Shown piece after piece: positions 1 through 11,226 of a DNA stretch of 64,000 nucleotides. Both the position numbers and the translations under genes were made by a program. Under the pieces are notes generated by a model. The model was not told the DNA's origin and made no database searches. It saw nothing but the letters and a program-made list of their open reading frames with translations. Origin of the DNA: Candidatus Bathyarchaeota archaeon (GTDB taxonomy: Archaea > Thermoproteota > Bathyarchaeia > Bathyarchaeales > Bathycorpusculaceae); assembly GCA_963780185.1 (NCBI GenBank), contig CAWABA010000001.1:256001-320000 (forward strand), written 5' to 3'. Within the stretch, counting starts at the first letter, position 1. Every line of letters begins with the position of its first letter.

Positions 1-160
1 ATGCCTACCCCCCACCAACAGCCTCACGGTTATGCTGGAGCAACTGGGCATAAAGGAAGAGAAAGGTTAGGTCGCAAGGCTGTCGCCGTTTTTTTCTGCG
101 GCTTTGGTGTTTGTGTTTTGGGTTGTTTTTTTGGTTTGGGGTTTGTAGTGTTTGCGGGTT

Positions 161-230
161 GAGTCATTAATAGTCAATAGTAGTCTGTAATAGTCTGTAG
201 TAGTCGCAAATAGTCAAATAAAGTCTCGGT
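161..230. repeat. Seven tandem 10-bp units, each beginning NAGTC
   Basis: gagtcattaa/tagtcaatag/tagtctgtaa/tagtctgtag/tagtcgcaaa/tagtcaaata/aagtctcggt; AGTC recurs at exact 10-nt spacing. Confidence 0.85.
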
Positions 231-320
231 TGCCATCGGCGCCCCGCGCACAACGGAACAATGATGCTTGAGTCTCTACGCGCCTGCAGCCTTAGCATAG
301 TAAATTACGGGTTTGCTTGC

Positions 321-1305
321 TTAGAACGTTGACAGGTACTGCTGCGGGGTAGGCCACTTATCAGGAATCTTTCTGGCGCCCGCCTCAATCTTTGTTATGC
401 CGTTGATTCGGGAGATTTCGTCTTGAATTTCAAACGATTGAGCTGTGTCTCTAATCATCGCCGAGAACTGCAGGTCGTAGTCGCCGCTTGTCTTCGTAAT
501 AATTATGACATCTGGGATTTTAGCGAGCGACTCAACCAGCGGGTTAGACACGTCGCCGGGCGTGGTGAAAGCAATGTTGAAGTCCAAAATGGAGGTGTAC
601 CCAATCCTATTCGGATTAATCTGAATTGAAACCTTCATCGCGCCTTTTTCCTTAAGCTTATGATACCTCTTAACAACCGTATCCGTTGACAACTCCATTT
701 CCCGTAGCGATCTTGCTAAACGACGCCCGCCCATCAACCGCAAGCTTAGCAACTATCTTCTTATCCAACTCATCAATAACAACTCTCTCACTTACCTTAC
801 TCGCGGCTGCACTTGGGTTTTGTTGATTTGTTTCGGCGTGGGTTTTCTGGGTTTGGGCGAAATCCATGTTTTCAGGGATGTTTCTAACACCCGTCCAGAT
901 GTAGCTTTTTAGCCCCGTAGTCGGAAGCTTCCGCCGAATAACCTGCTTCACATGATCCAACTCGTTAAGGTTCCTCAGCGTCACAACCCCACGAATATTA
1001 TAAACACTATTATACTGCCGGTAAGCACGGACCTCAATTATTTTTCCAATAAGCTCCATTGACTGCTCAAGCTGCTGCGCCTCAACGCTTAAAAGCAAAG
1101 TAGCCAACGCATCAAACCCGAAAACACCAAAATTAATCTGCACAGTCGCACCGCTAATTATCCCCTTCTTCTCCATCGCCCTGCAGCGTTTCCACACTTT
1201 GTTTTTCGACACACCGCATTGGTCGGCTATTTCGTAATAGCCTGTTCGGCCGTCCCTCAGCAGACTTTTGAGGATCTTCGAATCGAGTTCTTTGATTTTA
1301 AGCAC
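321..1305 (-). CDS. Lrp/AsnC-family transcriptional regulator with two HTH+RAM units, split by a frameshift near 700
   Basis: ORF 670..1305 begins ELDSKILKSLLRDGRTGYYEIA and has a second HTH (DELDKKIVAKLAVDGRASFSKIA) that continues in ORF 321..752; collinear with the neighbouring intact paralogue. Confidence 0.85.
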
Positions 1306-1445
1306 TGTTCCTTCCTTTTGTCTTATTTAGTGCGGATTTTCATGATTTAAAAATTTCGCATTTTCTCGCATTATGGCGCTTGAAACTGCCAATACTACTC
1401 GATTTCTGGCGAAATTGTTAAGTCATGAACGGCAACAATAACCTG

Positions 1446-2387
1446 TTAAAATGTGGATATATACTGGCGTGGACTTGGCCATTTTCCCACTCTGTCCAAT
1501 GCTCCTATTTCCACTTCCATTTTCGTTATTCCCTGAATTTTCCCCAGTTGCTTTTGAACCGAAAGTAACTGACCCAAATCTTTAACCATTACATATATTT
1601 GCAAGTCCGAGTTCCCAGTTGTTTTCATAATGCTTATAACATCGGGTATTCTGCTAATTTCTTCGATAATTTCTAAAGAATTTTCATTTGAGGTCACTAT
1701 GAAGAAAATGCAGAGGGCTTCGTACCCGATCTTGTTTGGGTTAACTTGAATTGTGACTTTCAAAACTCCGTTTTTCTTTAGCTTTTCATATCTTCTTTTG
1801 GCGGTGTCGGATGAAATTCCGATTTCTCTGCCAAGCGTCTCCATGGATACTCGTCCATTCTCAGAAAGTTTATCAGCTATTTTATGGTCAATACCATTGA
1901 GAATCATTGGTTGGGGGCTACTTCTCTGAGCTTTTACGTGATAATTGACTGCTTCCTCTCTTTTTTCCGAATTAGCACTTATTATTGCCAAGTTGTAATT
2001 CATTTCTTTAACGTCTGTCCAGATTGCGGTTCTCATTTCCAAAATCGAAAAGCATCTTTTGAATTCGTCTTTAATGACGTTTAACTTTTCAAGTGTTTCA
2101 AGGATTACGATTACATCAAAGTTTCCTTTGACTCCTCTGTTGTAGAATGAGTAAATCTCTGGCATTTTCTTCAGGAAACTGACAAGTTGGCCTTCTTGCT
2201 TCGAGTCAATGTTAATTAAAATGTGCGCTACTGCCTTGAAACCGAAACTCTTGTAGTTAATGTGTGTTGTCGCACCGGTAATTATTCCAGTTTCTTGCAT
2301 TTTGCTGAGGTTTTTTTTTACACTTTCTTTTGTTTCGCCTATTTTTTGGGCAACTTGATTATCAGTCTGGCGTCCGTCTGCTAGCAA
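1446..2387 (-). CDS. Lrp/AsnC-family transcriptional regulator with tandem domains; true start probably ~45 nt upstream
   Basis: Two HTH_AsnC motifs (LLADGRQTDNQVAQKIG; LSENGRVSMETLGREIG); C-terminus WPSPRQYISTF matches the neighbour's WPTPQQYLSTF. Confidence 0.85.
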   Translation of the reverse strand: MLADGRQTDNQVAQKIGETKESVKKNLSKMQETGIITGATTHINYKSFGFKAVAHILINIDSKQEGQLVSFLKKMPEIYSFYNRGVKGNFDVIVILETLEKLNVIKDEFKRCFSILEMRTAIWTDVKEMNYNLAIISANSEKREEAVNYHVKAQRSSPQPMILNGIDHKIADKLSENGRVSMETLGREIGISSDTAKRRYEKLKKNGVLKVTIQVNPNKIGYEALCIFFIVTSNENSLEIIEEISRIPDVISIMKTTGNSDLQIYVMVKDLGQLLSVQKQLGKIQGITKMEVEIGALDRVGKWPSPRQYISTF

Positions 2388-2614
2388 CTCTTTGAGGATT
2401 TTGGCTTGGATCAGGCTTATTTGCTCGGTTAAGACTAGTATCCCTCATTGACATTCATGGTACTTTTTTCATTCTATATAAATTAATCGCACATTTTTCT
2501 TTTCAATTTTTGGAAAGTCCATGTAATCGTTTCTCTCACGTAATCTGACACAGCCTATGTTATTGCCTTTTTTGGCAAAAAATAGGGATTTTGTTCGATT
2601 GTTCTGGAATTTTT

Positions 2615-2631
2615 ACAAAGTCTTATATAAA
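2615..2631 (+). promoter_or_regulatory. Archaeal BRE+TATA promoter
   Basis: CAAAGTCTTATATAAA ~50 nt upstream of the start codon; similar AAAGTCTTAWA motifs at ~5780, ~49377 and (minus strand) ~48065. Confidence 0.6.
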
Positions 2632-2679
2632 CTGCAAGCAACAGCTTGTGCATCGAATTAAGGAGAGAGAATAGAAATA

Positions 2680-5574
2680 ATGAATATCTCAAAAAACAAA
2701 ACTATGACCATTCTGCTAGCAGTCTTTTTCGCAACTCTAATGGCATCTTCAATGGTACTAATACCGAACGCAAACGCACATTCACCTCCAATCACTATTC
2801 CAACGTTCGCTTATATCTCGGCTACCCCCGACCCCGTCGGTGTCGGCCAAACCGTCAGCGTTTACATGTGGCTTAACCAGATCTACGGAGTAGGATACGC
2901 GTCAACACCAGTCTCATATTCAGCACTATACAACAACTACAGATTCCAAAACTACAACCTTACCATAATTGATCCGAACGGAAATGCCACAACAAAAATC
3001 TTTGCAACCATCCAAGACCCAACCGCAAACCAGTTCGACACATACACCCCAAGCATAGTAGGCACCTACGTGTTCATCTTCACATTCCCAGGGCAATATT
3101 ACGGCGCTAACGGAGATGGTCTACAAAACCAGACAACCGCAGGCAATCCACCACCAACAGTCTACGGCGACTATTACTCGCCAAGTCAAGCAACAACCAC
3201 AATCACAGTACAGCAAAACCCAATCCCGTCAGCCCTAGGCAGCTCACCTTTACCAACTGCCTTCTGGACACGGCCAATCTACGGTGAAAACACCTATTGG
3301 TACACCGTATCGTCTAACTGGCTTGGAACTGGCGCACCCGTCAGTTCAGTCACAGGGTCCGGCGACCTAACAGCCTTCTCCACCGGTTCAGGTGGTTGGG
3401 GTTCAGACATGGAACGGTACCCAGGCGACGCTGTAGGTCCATTAACAGGACACATCATGTGGACAAAGCCGATTCAGGAAGGCGGAGTAGTGGGCGGCAA
3501 TCTGTTCCAAACAGGACAGGGCGCAGGCTACTTTGAGGGATCAGCGTACTGCCAAAGAATGACCAACATAATCATCTGCAACGGCATAATATACTACAAC
3601 CCGCCAATTTCATTCTACGGATCACAAACTGCACCATGCACTGCAGTAGATTTGACAACAGGCAAGACCCTTTGGACCTCAACCCAGATAGGCACTCTGT
3701 CGTTCGCATACATCTACGATGTTTGGCAATCTGACCAACACGGAGTCTACCCAGCAATCCTCTTCACAAGCAACTTCGCCAACGCATATGACGCATATAC
3801 AGGCTACAAACTGTTCAGCGTCTCAAGCGCACCTTCAGGCTACGAAGCTTTGGGTGTAATGGGTGAACACTTAAGATACATCTTCAACAACATCGGAACA
3901 AGCTCAGCACCAAACTGGATGCTAGGCGAATGGAACTCATCCCGACTATGGGACCAAACCTTCAGCCCATGGAACTCACAGTCAATTGACAGCACACCAA
4001 CACTCTACAACATGTCCACCGCATCAGGCGCAGCCATAACCGCAACCCAGGCCGCTTACGTCACCGGCGGAACACAACCATCGATAGGCAGCTTTGCATC
4101 ATACGATCTTAACTACCCCGCAGGCGTCACCGATGCCTACAATGGAGCAAACTACAACACCTACAACTATACCGTCTACGGAAACGTAGTCAACCCAACC
4201 AGCCCACTGTACATGTACGACTGGAACGTAACAGTACCAGGCGTTAACGACCTAGGTACAGCACCAACTATTGAGGCCGCAATTCCTGGGTATATGATGA
4301 TTGTCGAAAGAGGCGCATTCCCAGCCAGCCCCGGATCATTTACCACCGCAAGCTGGACACCATACACATACTACGGCATCAGCCTGGCACCTGGTAGCAT
4401 TGGCAAACTCTTATGGACAGCACCCGAAACAGCACCTCTAGGAAACGTTACTGTCTTCTACGCAGGCTGCGACCCAACCACGCACACATTCTTCGAGGCA
4501 CACGATGAAACCCTTAACTTCATCGGATACAGCATGGACACAGGAAAACAGATCTTCACCACCTCCCAATTAACCTCATGGGACTACTACGGCCAACCAG
4601 CGCCAGCACAAACCTACATCCAAGCAGCAGACGGTAACATCTTATCCAGCGCTTTCGGAGGAGTTCTCTTCTGCTGGAACGACACAACCGGCAAACTCGA
4701 ATGGACCTTCGGCAACGGACCTTTTGGCAGCGACAACAGCACCAAAGCAGGCTTAAACGTCTTCTACGGTGACTATCCAACATTCATCAACGCAGTCGGC
4801 GGCGGCGTAATATACCTCGTCACAACCGAACACACAATCACCGACCCAATCTACAAGGGAGCAATGGCACGTGCAATAAACGAAACTACTGGCCAACAAA
4901 TCTGGAAAGTATCTGACTACACAGGCGAATTCTCCGCAATGAGCTACGCTATGGCAGACGGCTTCTCAGTATACCCCAACGGCTACGACAACCAAATCTA
5001 CTGCATAGGCCGCGGACCAAGCGTCACAACAGTCGCAGCACCAAACGCAGGCTTAGCATCTGGACAATCAGCAGTAATAAGCGGCACAGTGATGGATGTT
5101 TCAGCAGGAACAACGCAAACACAACAAGCAGCCGACTTTGCAAACGGAGTTCCAGTTTCATCTGAAGCAAGCATGAGCGACTGGATGGGCTACGTATACC
5201 AGCAACAACCTATGCCAACCAACTTCACAGGCGTACCAGTTACGTTATCAGTCTTAGACTCTAACGGTAACTACAGAGCCATTGGCACAGTCAACACCGA
5301 CCAAACCGGCACTTACAGCCTCTCTTGGAAACCAGACATCGCAGGCAACTTCACAGTCTACGCCACCTTCGCAGGAAGCAGCGGCTACTGGCCATCATCA
5401 GCTGAAACCCACCTCTTCGTCGAAAACGCTCAACCAACCGCTTCACCAACCGCCTCACCAATCAGCCTGGCACCAACCCAAAACGCTATCATGTACATCG
5501 GTGTAGCAATCATCGTCGTCATAGTCATAATCGGCGCAGTACTCGCAATGCTCATCACCAGAAAACACGCATAA
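2680..5574 (+). CDS. Large secreted, membrane-anchored PQQ-like beta-propeller repeat protein
   Basis: Signal peptide (…IPNANA|H); repeated D/ExxTGKxxW blade motifs; C-terminal Ig-like domain, PT linker, TM helix and RKHA tail; AAGGAG RBS. Confidence 0.8.
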   Translation: MNISKNKTMTILLAVFFATLMASSMVLIPNANAHSPPITIPTFAYISATPDPVGVGQTVSVYMWLNQIYGVGYASTPVSYSALYNNYRFQNYNLTIIDPNGNATTKIFATIQDPTANQFDTYTPSIVGTYVFIFTFPGQYYGANGDGLQNQTTAGNPPPTVYGDYYSPSQATTTITVQQNPIPSALGSSPLPTAFWTRPIYGENTYWYTVSSNWLGTGAPVSSVTGSGDLTAFSTGSGGWGSDMERYPGDAVGPLTGHIMWTKPIQEGGVVGGNLFQTGQGAGYFEGSAYCQRMTNIIICNGIIYYNPPISFYGSQTAPCTAVDLTTGKTLWTSTQIGTLSFAYIYDVWQSDQHGVYPAILFTSNFANAYDAYTGYKLFSVSSAPSGYEALGVMGEHLRYIFNNIGTSSAPNWMLGEWNSSRLWDQTFSPWNSQSIDSTPTLYNMSTASGAAITATQAAYVTGGTQPSIGSFASYDLNYPAGVTDAYNGANYNTYNYTVYGNVVNPTSPLYMYDWNVTVPGVNDLGTAPTIEAAIPGYMMIVERGAFPASPGSFTTASWTPYTYYGISLAPGSIGKLLWTAPETAPLGNVTVFYAGCDPTTHTFFEAHDETLNFIGYSMDTGKQIFTTSQLTSWDYYGQPAPAQTYIQAADGNILSSAFGGVLFCWNDTTGKLEWTFGNGPFGSDNSTKAGLNVFYGDYPTFINAVGGGVIYLVTTEHTITDPIYKGAMARAINETTGQQIWKVSDYTGEFSAMSYAMADGFSVYPNGYDNQIYCIGRGPSVTTVAAPNAGLASGQSAVISGTVMDVSAGTTQTQQAADFANGVPVSSEASMSDWMGYVYQQQPMPTNFTGVPVTLSVLDSNGNYRAIGTVNTDQTGTYSLSWKPDIAGNFTVYATFAGSSGYWPSSAETHLFVENAQPTASPTASPISLAPTQNAIMYIGVAIIVVIVIIGAVLAMLITRKHA

Positions 5575-6141
5575 ACTGCAACCAAAAAACAACAACCCAA
5601 AATAAGGTAAGTTTCCAAACTTACTTCTTTTTTTAATTTAATTATCTGAAACCACGTGATAGTTGGATTCTTGCGAGCTGTTGCTTGACGATCTGACTCT
5701 TTGTTTAGTGATTTTTCTTACACAGTTGCCCCTTTTCATGTGCGATGGCAATTTTATTTGGTAATTTTGGGATTTTTGCAAAGTCTTAAATATAAAATTC
5801 CTGAAACCCTTGAACACCGAAAAGGTAGATGAAAAAGAGATGCGGCTGAGAAGGCTCTGGTTAATTCGAAATTGCAATAGCAAGTGTGATTTAGATTTTC
5901 TTTTTTCTCCTTAAATTAAAAGAATCATCTCCAGAGCCTCAGCAATCCTCTCTCTTTCTAAATCTCCAAAATTAACACGCATGACGGTTAATTCAAAACT
6001 TTTGCCTCAAGATTCCCTCTGAGGCTTGCGCGAACCTAGCCAAGAGACAAAACAACAGCACCGAGCATCCAAAAAAGCTAAACGAAGGGCTTCAAATAAT
6101 CCAAATAGCAATTCTCGTTAATGTGGAGCGGGCGAACCTGA

Positions 6142-6651
6142 ATGTTTAGAAACAGAGAACAGATGTGGCGGCGGATTCAGGAGTTAGTCCAGAAGTTCAA
6201 GGAGAGGGGCGCGACAACCCCTGAGAAAGCGTTGACTGCGCAGGAGTTGGGTTTGCCGCCGCGTTTCGAGCAAGCTATGCGTCGAAGACTCGGTCAAACA
6301 GGCATCTTCGTTGAAACTAACGGCAAATACTACCTAAACGAGGAGCGGCTTAGGCAAATCCAGCAGCAACATGCAGATGGGGCAGGGGGCGGGGGCGGCG
6401 GGTTTAGCAGGCAGGCTGCTCCAGCTTGGATACGCTACGGTGGAATTTTGCTTGCGTTGCCGCTCGGCATCATCGTTGTTGCTTTTTTAGTGTTTTATTT
6501 TAACATTTACAGTGGCGCCGGATACTTTCCAGGCGAAATAATCCTCATCTTGCTTGTTGTCTTGGTGGTGCTGTTTGTTGTTAGGATGCTGTTCTGGCGG
6601 GCAAAGAGAAAATACCTGCGCGACCGCTGGATGCAAAATAAAACGGCTTAA
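6142..6651 (+). CDS. Hypothetical membrane protein (soluble N-terminal domain, Gly linker, two TM helices)
   Basis: 169-aa ORF with two hydrophobic stretches in the C-terminal half. Confidence 0.7.
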   Translation: MFRNREQMWRRIQELVQKFKERGATTPEKALTAQELGLPPRFEQAMRRRLGQTGIFVETNGKYYLNEERLRQIQQQHADGAGGGGGGFSRQAAPAWIRYGGILLALPLGIIVVAFLVFYFNIYSGAGYFPGEIILILLVVLVVLFVVRMLFWRAKRKYLRDRWMQNKTA

Positions 6652-6704
6652 TTGGGACAAAGAAAAGGTTTGGGGTGATGCCCGACTTATTTTTGCGTTG
6701 GTTT

Positions 6705-8116
6705 CTATATTTTGTCTAGGTTGAATGCTTCGTGGATGGCTCGTACAACTGCTTCGCCGTCTTTTTCTTTAACGACAAACGAAATGTTTAGTTCTGAGCT
6801 GCCCTGCGCGATCATTCGGATGTTGATGCCTTTTTGGGCGACGGTTGTGAATATTTTTGAGGCTACGCCTAAGGTGCCTTTCATGTTGGCGCCGACAACC
6901 GCGATGACTGCAACGTCGTCTTCTGAGGAGATGTCGCTTACTAAGCCACCTCTGTCCAACAACGCAATTTCAAGATTGCTAATAGCCCTGCCTAAAAGCC
7001 CCCGCCTAATAATCATTGATATGTTGGCTTCTGAGGCTGCGGTGGATATCATCATCACGTTGATGTTGTTTTTTCCCAGCACATCAAACACTTTAGCGTA
7101 GCTTCCAGGCGCCCCAACCATTCCCGCCCCGCTAACGTTGAGCATGGCAACATCCTTTAATCATCGCCACAGCTTTCACGGCTTCCTTAGCGTCGGCGTC
7201 AGGTTCCCCCGTAATCAGCGTGCCCGGGTTTTCCGGGTGAAAAACGCTCCGTATCCTCACAGGGACGTTTTCTTTGATGACGGGTTCCAGAGCTCGTGGA
7301 TGCATGGCTTTTGCGCCGAAAATCGCCATTTCAGCCGCTTCCTGATAGCTAAGATGCGGCAGCATTTTGGCGGATGGAACTATCTTGGGGTCCGTGGTCA
7401 TTATGCCGTCCACGTCCGTCCATATCCACACCTCGTCAACGCCCAACGCAACGCCCAGAATTGTGGCTGTGTAATCTGACCCGCCCCTTCCCACCGTGGT
7501 TACGACTCCGTTTTGGTCTGCGGCGATGTAGCCTGTCACAACCGGGATGACGCCTTTTTCCAGCAGCGGACTGAGCCTTTCATGGATTAGGTGCGTCGTG
7601 AAGTTCATTAGGGGGTCTGCTTCGCCGAAGTTTGAGTCGGTCACGATGCCCGCTTCTTTGCCCGTGAAGCATTGCGTTTCAATTTTGCGGTCTTTTATGG
7701 CTCCCCAAACGATGGGTGCCGAAAGCCGCTCGCCGAACGACAGGACATAATCTTTTGATTTCGGCGTCAACTCGCCCACGTAGCAGATGCCCGTTAACAC
7801 TTTTTCCAGTTCCGCGATGGTTTTCTCCGTGATTTGGGTTACTTCTTCCTGTATCGGCTTGCTGGTTATGGCTGATTCGATTGCCGCCAGATGCTTCTTT
7901 AAAAGGGTGGCTGGTGAAGGCTTGAACATGTTTTTCGTCGTTTTTCTTTGCGTGCTCGGCGACTTCGATTAGGCTGTTAGTTACTCCTGCCAACGCGGAT
8001 ACAACTACGGCGATTTTGCAGTTGTTTTTGGCGTTTTGAGTCACTATGTCGCTTACGTGGCGTATGTTTTCGCCTGTGGCTACGCTGCTTCCGCCAAACT
8101 TCATGACGATTTTCAT
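6705..8116 (-). CDS. lysC: Aspartate kinase with two ACT domains, frameshifts near 7910 and 7157
   Basis: MKFGGSSV, SFGERLS, GRGGSDYTA and WTDVDG motifs plus ACT domains spread over three consecutive ORFs. Confidence 0.93.
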
Positions 8117-8119
8117 TTT

Positions 8120-9164
8120 CTAGGACTCCGAGTTTTCATATAGCATTCGATTTGCCAACTTATGTCTAATATCTAGGAGGTCTCTTAAAACTGCACTGGC
8201 AGTCTCGATTCCGCCTGCGCCCTTGCCAATGATGGTTTCTTCGCCCGCATATTCAGTGAAGAAAGTTACTGCGTTCAAGACTCCGCTCACGCAAAGGGGG
8301 CTGTTTTTCGCTATTTCCATAGGTTTCACTGATGGCTCCGTCGCTGTCAACTGAGCCGATGAGTTTGATTGTGTTTCCTCTCTTTGACGCTTCATCAAGC
8401 GCCTCCAGCGAAACTCCGCGGATACCCGTGATATCAACGTCTTTAAGAGTAATTTTCTTGTTGAGTATCCAGTTCGCCAAGATGACTACTTTGCATGCGG
8501 CGTCGAATCCGTCAACATCCATCGATGGCTCCCGTTCAGCGTACCCGAGCTTCTGAGCGTTCGTCAAGGCTTCTTGGAAGGTTATGCGGTTTTGAGCCAT
8601 TTCAGTCAGGATGTAGTTGGTTGTGCCGTTTAGGATGCCTCGTATGGCTAAGATTTTGTCTCCTGCCAAGCAACGTTTCGCAAATTCGAGGACGGGTGTT
8701 CCGCCGCCGACGGTTCCGCTGAATCGAAGATACACGTTGTTGTATTCTGCGAGTTCCGTGAGGGCTGGCATGGCTAAGGCTAAGGGTCCTTTGTTGGTTG
8801 TGACGACGTGTTTTCCTGTTTTGAAGGCTTTAGTTATGTGGGATAGGGCTGGCTCAGCGTTTTTGATGTTGACAGGTGTTACTTCCACAACTACTTCTGC
8901 CTCAACCGACTCGATAACATCTGACACCGACATTCCCGGGTGACCAAACTCAGGGTCTTTAGATATCGGGAAACCTCTTTGCCTGATTTCAGCTAGTTTT
9001 TCTGGGCTAAGACCTTTCGGGTTTATGACTGCGCCGTCTATGTCCGCTATGGCGACGATTTTTGGGTTAAACCCGTAATCCTTAGTTTTCTCCACATACC
9101 TCTTCGCCAAAATGGTGGTAACGCTTTTCCCAACTACTCCGAAGCCGACTAAGATTATCCTCAT
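8120..9164 (-). CDS. hom: Homoserine dehydrogenase, frameshift near 8335
   Basis: GFGVVG Rossmann motif, TTNKGP, GILNGTTNYIL, DVDGFDAACK; C-terminal GKGAGGIETASAV lies in the second frame. Confidence 0.93.
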
Positions 9165-9171
9165 TTCATCT

Positions 9172-10422
9172 TCACCTTGCAAGAATGACTCTTTGAGTTT
9201 TCAACCCCAGAGCCTGCTCAATCGTCATCATGTCCGCGTCTACCTCAACAGGCTTCTCACATTGTTTTATGGCTGTGTCTGGGTCTTTTAAGCCGTGCCC
9301 CGTGGTTATGCATACAACTCTCTCGTCCTTGTCTATAACGCCGTTCTGAACCAGCTTCTTTAGTCCCGCGATTGACGAGGCGCTTGCAGGCTCCACAAAG
9401 ATGCCTTCGATTCGCGCCAGCATCTTCTGTGCATCCAAAATTTCGTCGTCGGTAACGGTTTCAGCGGTGCCGTGCGATTCGCGGATGGCGTTGACGGCTT
9501 TTTTCCAGCTTACAGGAGCGCCAATTCGGATGGCTGTGGCGACTGTTTCAGGATGTTCAACAGGAATGATTTTGTCGCTGTTGGTTTTGATTGCTTGCGC
9601 GATGGGCGCCGACCCAGTTGCCTGTATGCCCGTCATCTTCGGCAGTTTCTTTATGAATCCCAGCTTGTGGAATTCGGTTAAGCCTTTCCAGACTGCGCTT
9701 ATGTTTCCCGCGTTGCCGACGGGTATTATGATTCTGTCTGGGACTTCGTAGTTGAGTTGCTCGCAGATTTCGTAGCCTAACGATTTTTGTCCTTCAATGC
9801 GGAACGGGTTAATTGAGTTAAGTAGGTAAATGCTCTTGTGTTTCTCCGCCAGCTTGAGGACGAATTCTAAGGATTGGTCAAAGTTTCCGCGGACTTGCAG
9901 GACTTTGGCGCCGTGGATCATGGCTTGCGCGAGTTTGCCGTAGGCAATCTTGCCTGAGGGAATTAGAACGGTGCATTTTATTCCTGCCCTTGCAGCATAA
10001 GCAGCTAAGCTGGCGCTGGTGTTTCCTGTTGAAGCGCAAATCACATGTCTGGCTCCAAGCTCGACGGCTTTTGTGACTCCGACGGTCATGCCTCGGTCTT
10101 TGAAGCTGCCTGTGGGGTTCTCGCCTTCATTTTTAACGTACACTTCTTTGAGCCCTACTTCTTCGCCCAGATGACGGGAACGATGCAAGCCAGTTCCTCC
10201 TTCGCCAAGCGTGACTACATTTGCGGTTTCATGTATGGGCATGAAGTCGCGGTACCGCCAAACGGAGAGAGGCTTTGTTTTCCAGTCGCTGCCTTTGAGG
10301 GTTTGCGCTAGCTCTTTGAAATCAAATTTTATCTCTAGAATGTCTCCGCATTTTTTGCAGAAGTAGACAATCTCGTCGATGTCGTATCTTGTTTTGCAGT
10401 TAATACATTCTTGATGTACCAT
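9172..10422 (-). CDS. thrC: Threonine synthase
   Basis: NPTGSFKDRG PLP-lysine motif, ASTGNTSAS, EPASA, TGHGLKD; N-terminal Zn ribbon. Confidence 0.95.
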   Translation of the reverse strand: MVHQECINCKTRYDIDEIVYFCKKCGDILEIKFDFKELAQTLKGSDWKTKPLSVWRYRDFMPIHETANVVTLGEGGTGLHRSRHLGEEVGLKEVYVKNEGENPTGSFKDRGMTVGVTKAVELGARHVICASTGNTSASLAAYAARAGIKCTVLIPSGKIAYGKLAQAMIHGAKVLQVRGNFDQSLEFVLKLAEKHKSIYLLNSINPFRIEGQKSLGYEICEQLNYEVPDRIIIPVGNAGNISAVWKGLTEFHKLGFIKKLPKMTGIQATGSAPIAQAIKTNSDKIIPVEHPETVATAIRIGAPVSWKKAVNAIRESHGTAETVTDDEILDAQKMLARIEGIFVEPASASSIAGLKKLVQNGVIDKDERVVCITTGHGLKDPDTAIKQCEKPVEVDADMMTIEQALGLKTQRVILAR

Positions 10423-10521
10423 CTTGTTAGGTCTCCCTTTGGCAAGCGCCTTAGCTACGTTAATGAAGGCTTCTGTGAATTATCTACTCAGACGTTATTA
10501 ATTTTGTTGCTTGCATTCCCA

Positions 10522-11100
10522 CTAGCCTACAAGGTTGGATAAGGTTTCATAGACTTTCAAGCTGTCTTTTTTCTCAATAACAATGATAGTTTCAGTCCAG
10601 CAGGAAATGAACTCAACGATGTTCACGCTTTGCTCAGCCAACAGAGTAGCTATGAATGAGACAACTCCAGGCGTAGCCTCCAACTCCTCAGGCGAATGCA
10701 CAACAATCATGGTGCAGTTGTCATGTTTCATGAGGGCGTTTACTCGTTCAGGCAAATCGCTTCTGTCAAGCAAATAAACGAATTTATCAAGCAAATCCAC
10801 CTTCATGCCCGTTTTGGAATTAAATTCTTTACCCGTGATTATAACGGATTTGCGGTCGTACACGGCTATGCTGCTGCGTTTGAGAAGAAGAAGCACTTTT
10901 TCTTCTCTTTTCTGCTTGTGCTTCTGCAGCTCCTCCGAGTAGCGGCGCAGAGCGGCTTTTATCGCGCTTGGGTCATTGGTTTTTAGTTCTTTCTGTATCT
11001 GCCTTGCCAACTCGCTGAGGTTCACGATGCCTTTTTCGAGGGCTTCAAGTAGGTAAGGCTTGTTTTTTAGGTAATTTCTGACTCTTTGAGCTACACTCAT
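10522..11100 (-). CDS. ACT-domain protein with N-terminal helical/HTH region, probable amino-acid-responsive regulator
   Basis: GIVNLSELARQI N-terminus; C-terminal ACT fold (TPGVVSFIATLLAEQSVNIVEFISCWTE); heads the thr operon. Confidence 0.7.
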   Translation of the reverse strand: MSVAQRVRNYLKNKPYLLEALEKGIVNLSELARQIQKELKTNDPSAIKAALRRYSEELQKHKQKREEKVLLLLKRSSIAVYDRKSVIITGKEFNSKTGMKVDLLDKFVYLLDRSDLPERVNALMKHDNCTMIVVHSPEELEATPGVVSFIATLLAEQSVNIVEFISCWTETIIVIEKKDSLKVYETLSNLVG

Positions 11101-11226
11101 GTCACTCCAAGATGTATCAAATGGGACATTTAAGTTTTCTTAAGTAACAAAAAAGTCACAAGGTTTAAGAAGACAGGGTTCGAGGTTAGGGAAACAGTCC
11201 TAGCCAAAAAAAGGGGGAGCAAAAAA

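Noticed and set aside
2-70. 3' end of an upstream CDS (…CLPPTNSLTVMLEQLGIKEEKG*)
   Set aside because: Plausible but truncated by the window edge and unidentifiable
11118-11130. 13-mer CAAATGGGACATT identical to the reverse complement of 61077-61089
   Set aside because: Some 13-mer matches are expected by chance in 64 kb; the contexts are unrelated
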